Below are positions 61,534 through 64,000 of a stretch of 64,000 nucleotides of DNA, one piece after another. The position numbers and the translations under genes were made by a program. Every line of letters begins with the position of its first letter. The first letter of the stretch is position 1. The stretch covers positions 219,813 to 283,812 of the forward strand of contig MNCI01000424.1 of assembly GCA_015680685.1 (NCBI GenBank), given 5' to 3'. The DNA comes from Gnetum montanum (Eukaryota; Plantae; Gnetophyta). A model generated the notes under the pieces. It was not told the origin of the DNA. It did not search any database and saw only the letters and a program-made list of their open reading frames with translations.

Positions 61534-64000
61534 GCTAAGTTGTGATTGCAATGAATGGATTTAGTTAATAGTGTTAGTGGGAAAGTTGATAAATAGGGTA
61601 AAATGGATAAGCGGTCCATTAAATTTGAAAAAGTTCAAATGCAAGGAAATGCTTGAAGAGGGTTTAAAAATTCACAATAATAACTATAAAAGGTTTCACT
61701 AAAAAATGTTGTGAAGATGCACACAATTGAATGTCATTGATGAGGTAAACAAAAGGATTTGATTGTAAGAGTGTCTAAGGATAAAGAACTTAACTAACCC
61801 AAGTAAAAGATATGCAAGTGGCTCCTCCCCAAAGCAAGCACAGGCCTTTTATGCCCTTGCATAACTTCAAAACAAGCAGTTAGTGGGTCCCATGGATGAT
61901 TAATGATTATAAAAGGTTAAGTACAAAAATCCAAAAGAAACTACCTAAGAATTTCAACACATCAAACTAAGACATTGAACAAGAACATGAAATTAGCAGT
62001 GAGGTGAGACATGGAAAGCATAAATGGATGAGAGAGTGTGGAATTGAGTTTCTAATTAAGGTCACATGAAGTCCCCTGTGAATTTTTGTGGTTAAATGAC
62101 CTGATAAAATCCATCCTTAGTCCATACCAAAACCAACCACATTCAGTTACTCCACATCATCATTCTAAGACCAATCTACCCCCTGAGACACAAGAGTTCT
62201 CCCATAGAAAAACCACCATTCCTTATTAAAGAAGAAAAGAGAAGTAGAAAGTGAGGAAGGACCTTACATAGAGGGGACCTTCAGGCATGGGTAACATGTC
62301 TTTCTAGTTCCATAACTAGTGCTTGTAGCCCATTTATTTTTTATAAGAGGTGTGTTTTGAATTCCCATTAATTTTTTTTATGATGAGAACCACACCATGC
62401 AAAGACTTATTCAACTTCCTTTTATTGGTCAACACGAAACAATAAGAAATCCAAAAAAAAAACACACATGCATCCAAGTAAGTAGAAAAGCACAAAGAAT
62501 ATCGAATTTCCTTGAAGTCACACCCTATTCAAATCATTGAATTCTTTCTAAATTTAAAAACTACCAAAGTCACAAATTTGTTATAGTTTTATTAATGAAA
62601 AAGGGACTACACATTTCCAAAACAAGGAAAACCATAGAGTTTGTGAATGGGTGGATGTTGTGGACTCACTGCTAATTGCATGAAAAAGAAACCATGTCCT
62701 AGTTATTAGTAGCAAAATTCAAACTAGAATCCAGACACCAACAATCAAATAACTAAATAGTACATACCACCATCAAGTAATGAATTACCACTATGCCTAG
62801 CACTTTTTAATAAAAGGTTAGAAAATCACACTAAAATAAAAGAAAATATAAAAGAAAGTGTAAAATATTCAAGAAATAACAAATGTACTAATGATGTTGT
62901 AAAATAATAATTTTGAAAAATTAATAATGTAGAAAACAAAAAGTGTAAAATAAAGAATGTGTAAAACAAAAAGTTTTTAAACAAAAATGTATAAAACCAA
63001 AAATGTGTAAAACAAAAAGGGCGAATAATTGAGGAACTACTTATATAGTTAGCATGGATGACTATCTCCTCCATGACTGAGTTGAAAGGAGGAGATTCAA
63101 AATATTGAGCATGGTTGTCCATCTGATGAGGCGTTTGTTGTATTCGCTAGCTTATATTCGTGGAAAGGTTTAACTTGTTCTATGTTGACTAACTTTTTTC
63201 TATTTGGGCTCTTAGGTTTGTAGATCATCCTAGCCCCAAAAGGAAAAGTTTCATAAATTATATAAGGTCCTTCCCACAATGTTTTGAACTTAGTTCGTTG
63301 AGGTACATGCATGGGATTTTAGTAGAGAACCTTATCTCCTAGTTGAAATTTGACTTTCCTAATTTTAATATCACGGTGCTTTTTGTTGAATGCCTTGTGT
63401 AGTTCATTAGATAATAGGATCACCAATCAGTTTTCGTTTAACAGGTTGAGACTTATTAATCTTTCTTTTTATGCTAGACTTAAGTTAAGGTTAAGATCAT
63501 ATGCTATTGAAAGTGTATGGAGCTCAGATTGAATAGGAAGTGTTGGTAATTTTCTATACACAAGCTCATAGGGATAATAGCCTTAGAAAGTTTCCATGTT
63601 GAGTGGTAGGCCCAGAGGGCATCATTGAGTTTTGTGCTCTAGTCCTTCTTATATTTACTAACAGTTCTTGTTAGAATATTTGTGATTTCCCTATTGGTAA
63701 CCTTAGCTTGACCATTGACTTGGGGGTGATAGGGTGTTGTAAGTTTATGTTCAACCCCCAAGCTTTGCATGAGCTTCCAAAAAGTAGTGCTTGTAAATTC
63801 AGCTCCATTATCAAAAATTAATGCATGTGGCACACCAAACCTATTTACAACATTTTGTTGTACAAACTGAGTAGAGAAGATGTATAGTCGATGATGGTTG
63901 CTGCTTCTGCCAATTTCATATAATAGTTAACAATAACTATGATGTATGCCTTTCCATTTGACATGGGTATGATGGAACCCATGAAGTTAATGCCCCCAAT
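61534..64000 (-). mobile_element. Second decayed Athila/Tat-type element: integrase and long 3' UTR, continuing beyond the window
   Basis: IFDNGAEF, TTPYHPQVNGQAKVTNREI, TLWEGPY; UTR collinear with 88-1376. Confidence 0.93.

Overview
AT-rich land-plant nuclear DNA; the very long TE-filled introns suggest a large genome such as a fern, lycophyte or gymnosperm (inference). Two N-gaps (7589-7835, 57727-57977) both fall inside LTRs of one family. There are two convergent host genes. One is a + strand coiled-coil gene with a DFVWNQ motif (exons about 9603-21732, with an 11.2 kb intron). The other is a - strand histone acetyltransferase HAT1/HAG2 in 10 exons from 56647 to 28177, with a ~23 kb third intron. 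Most of the rest is a nested TE landscape: two decayed Athila/Tat-type Ty3/gypsy elements at the window ends plus LTRs of that family, a gag-only LTR element with an internal tandem array, a TSD-bounded three-LTR non-coding element primed by tRNA-Asn, L1, RTE and RTEX-like LINE pieces, a copia fragment and a dispersed tRNA-derived SINE. The most novel-looking object is a poly(A)-tailed retroposed insert (49083-50393) that encodes a coiled coil ending in a DnaJ/J-domain. All calls were made by eye, with no database searches; TE boundaries without a quoted TSD are approximate.
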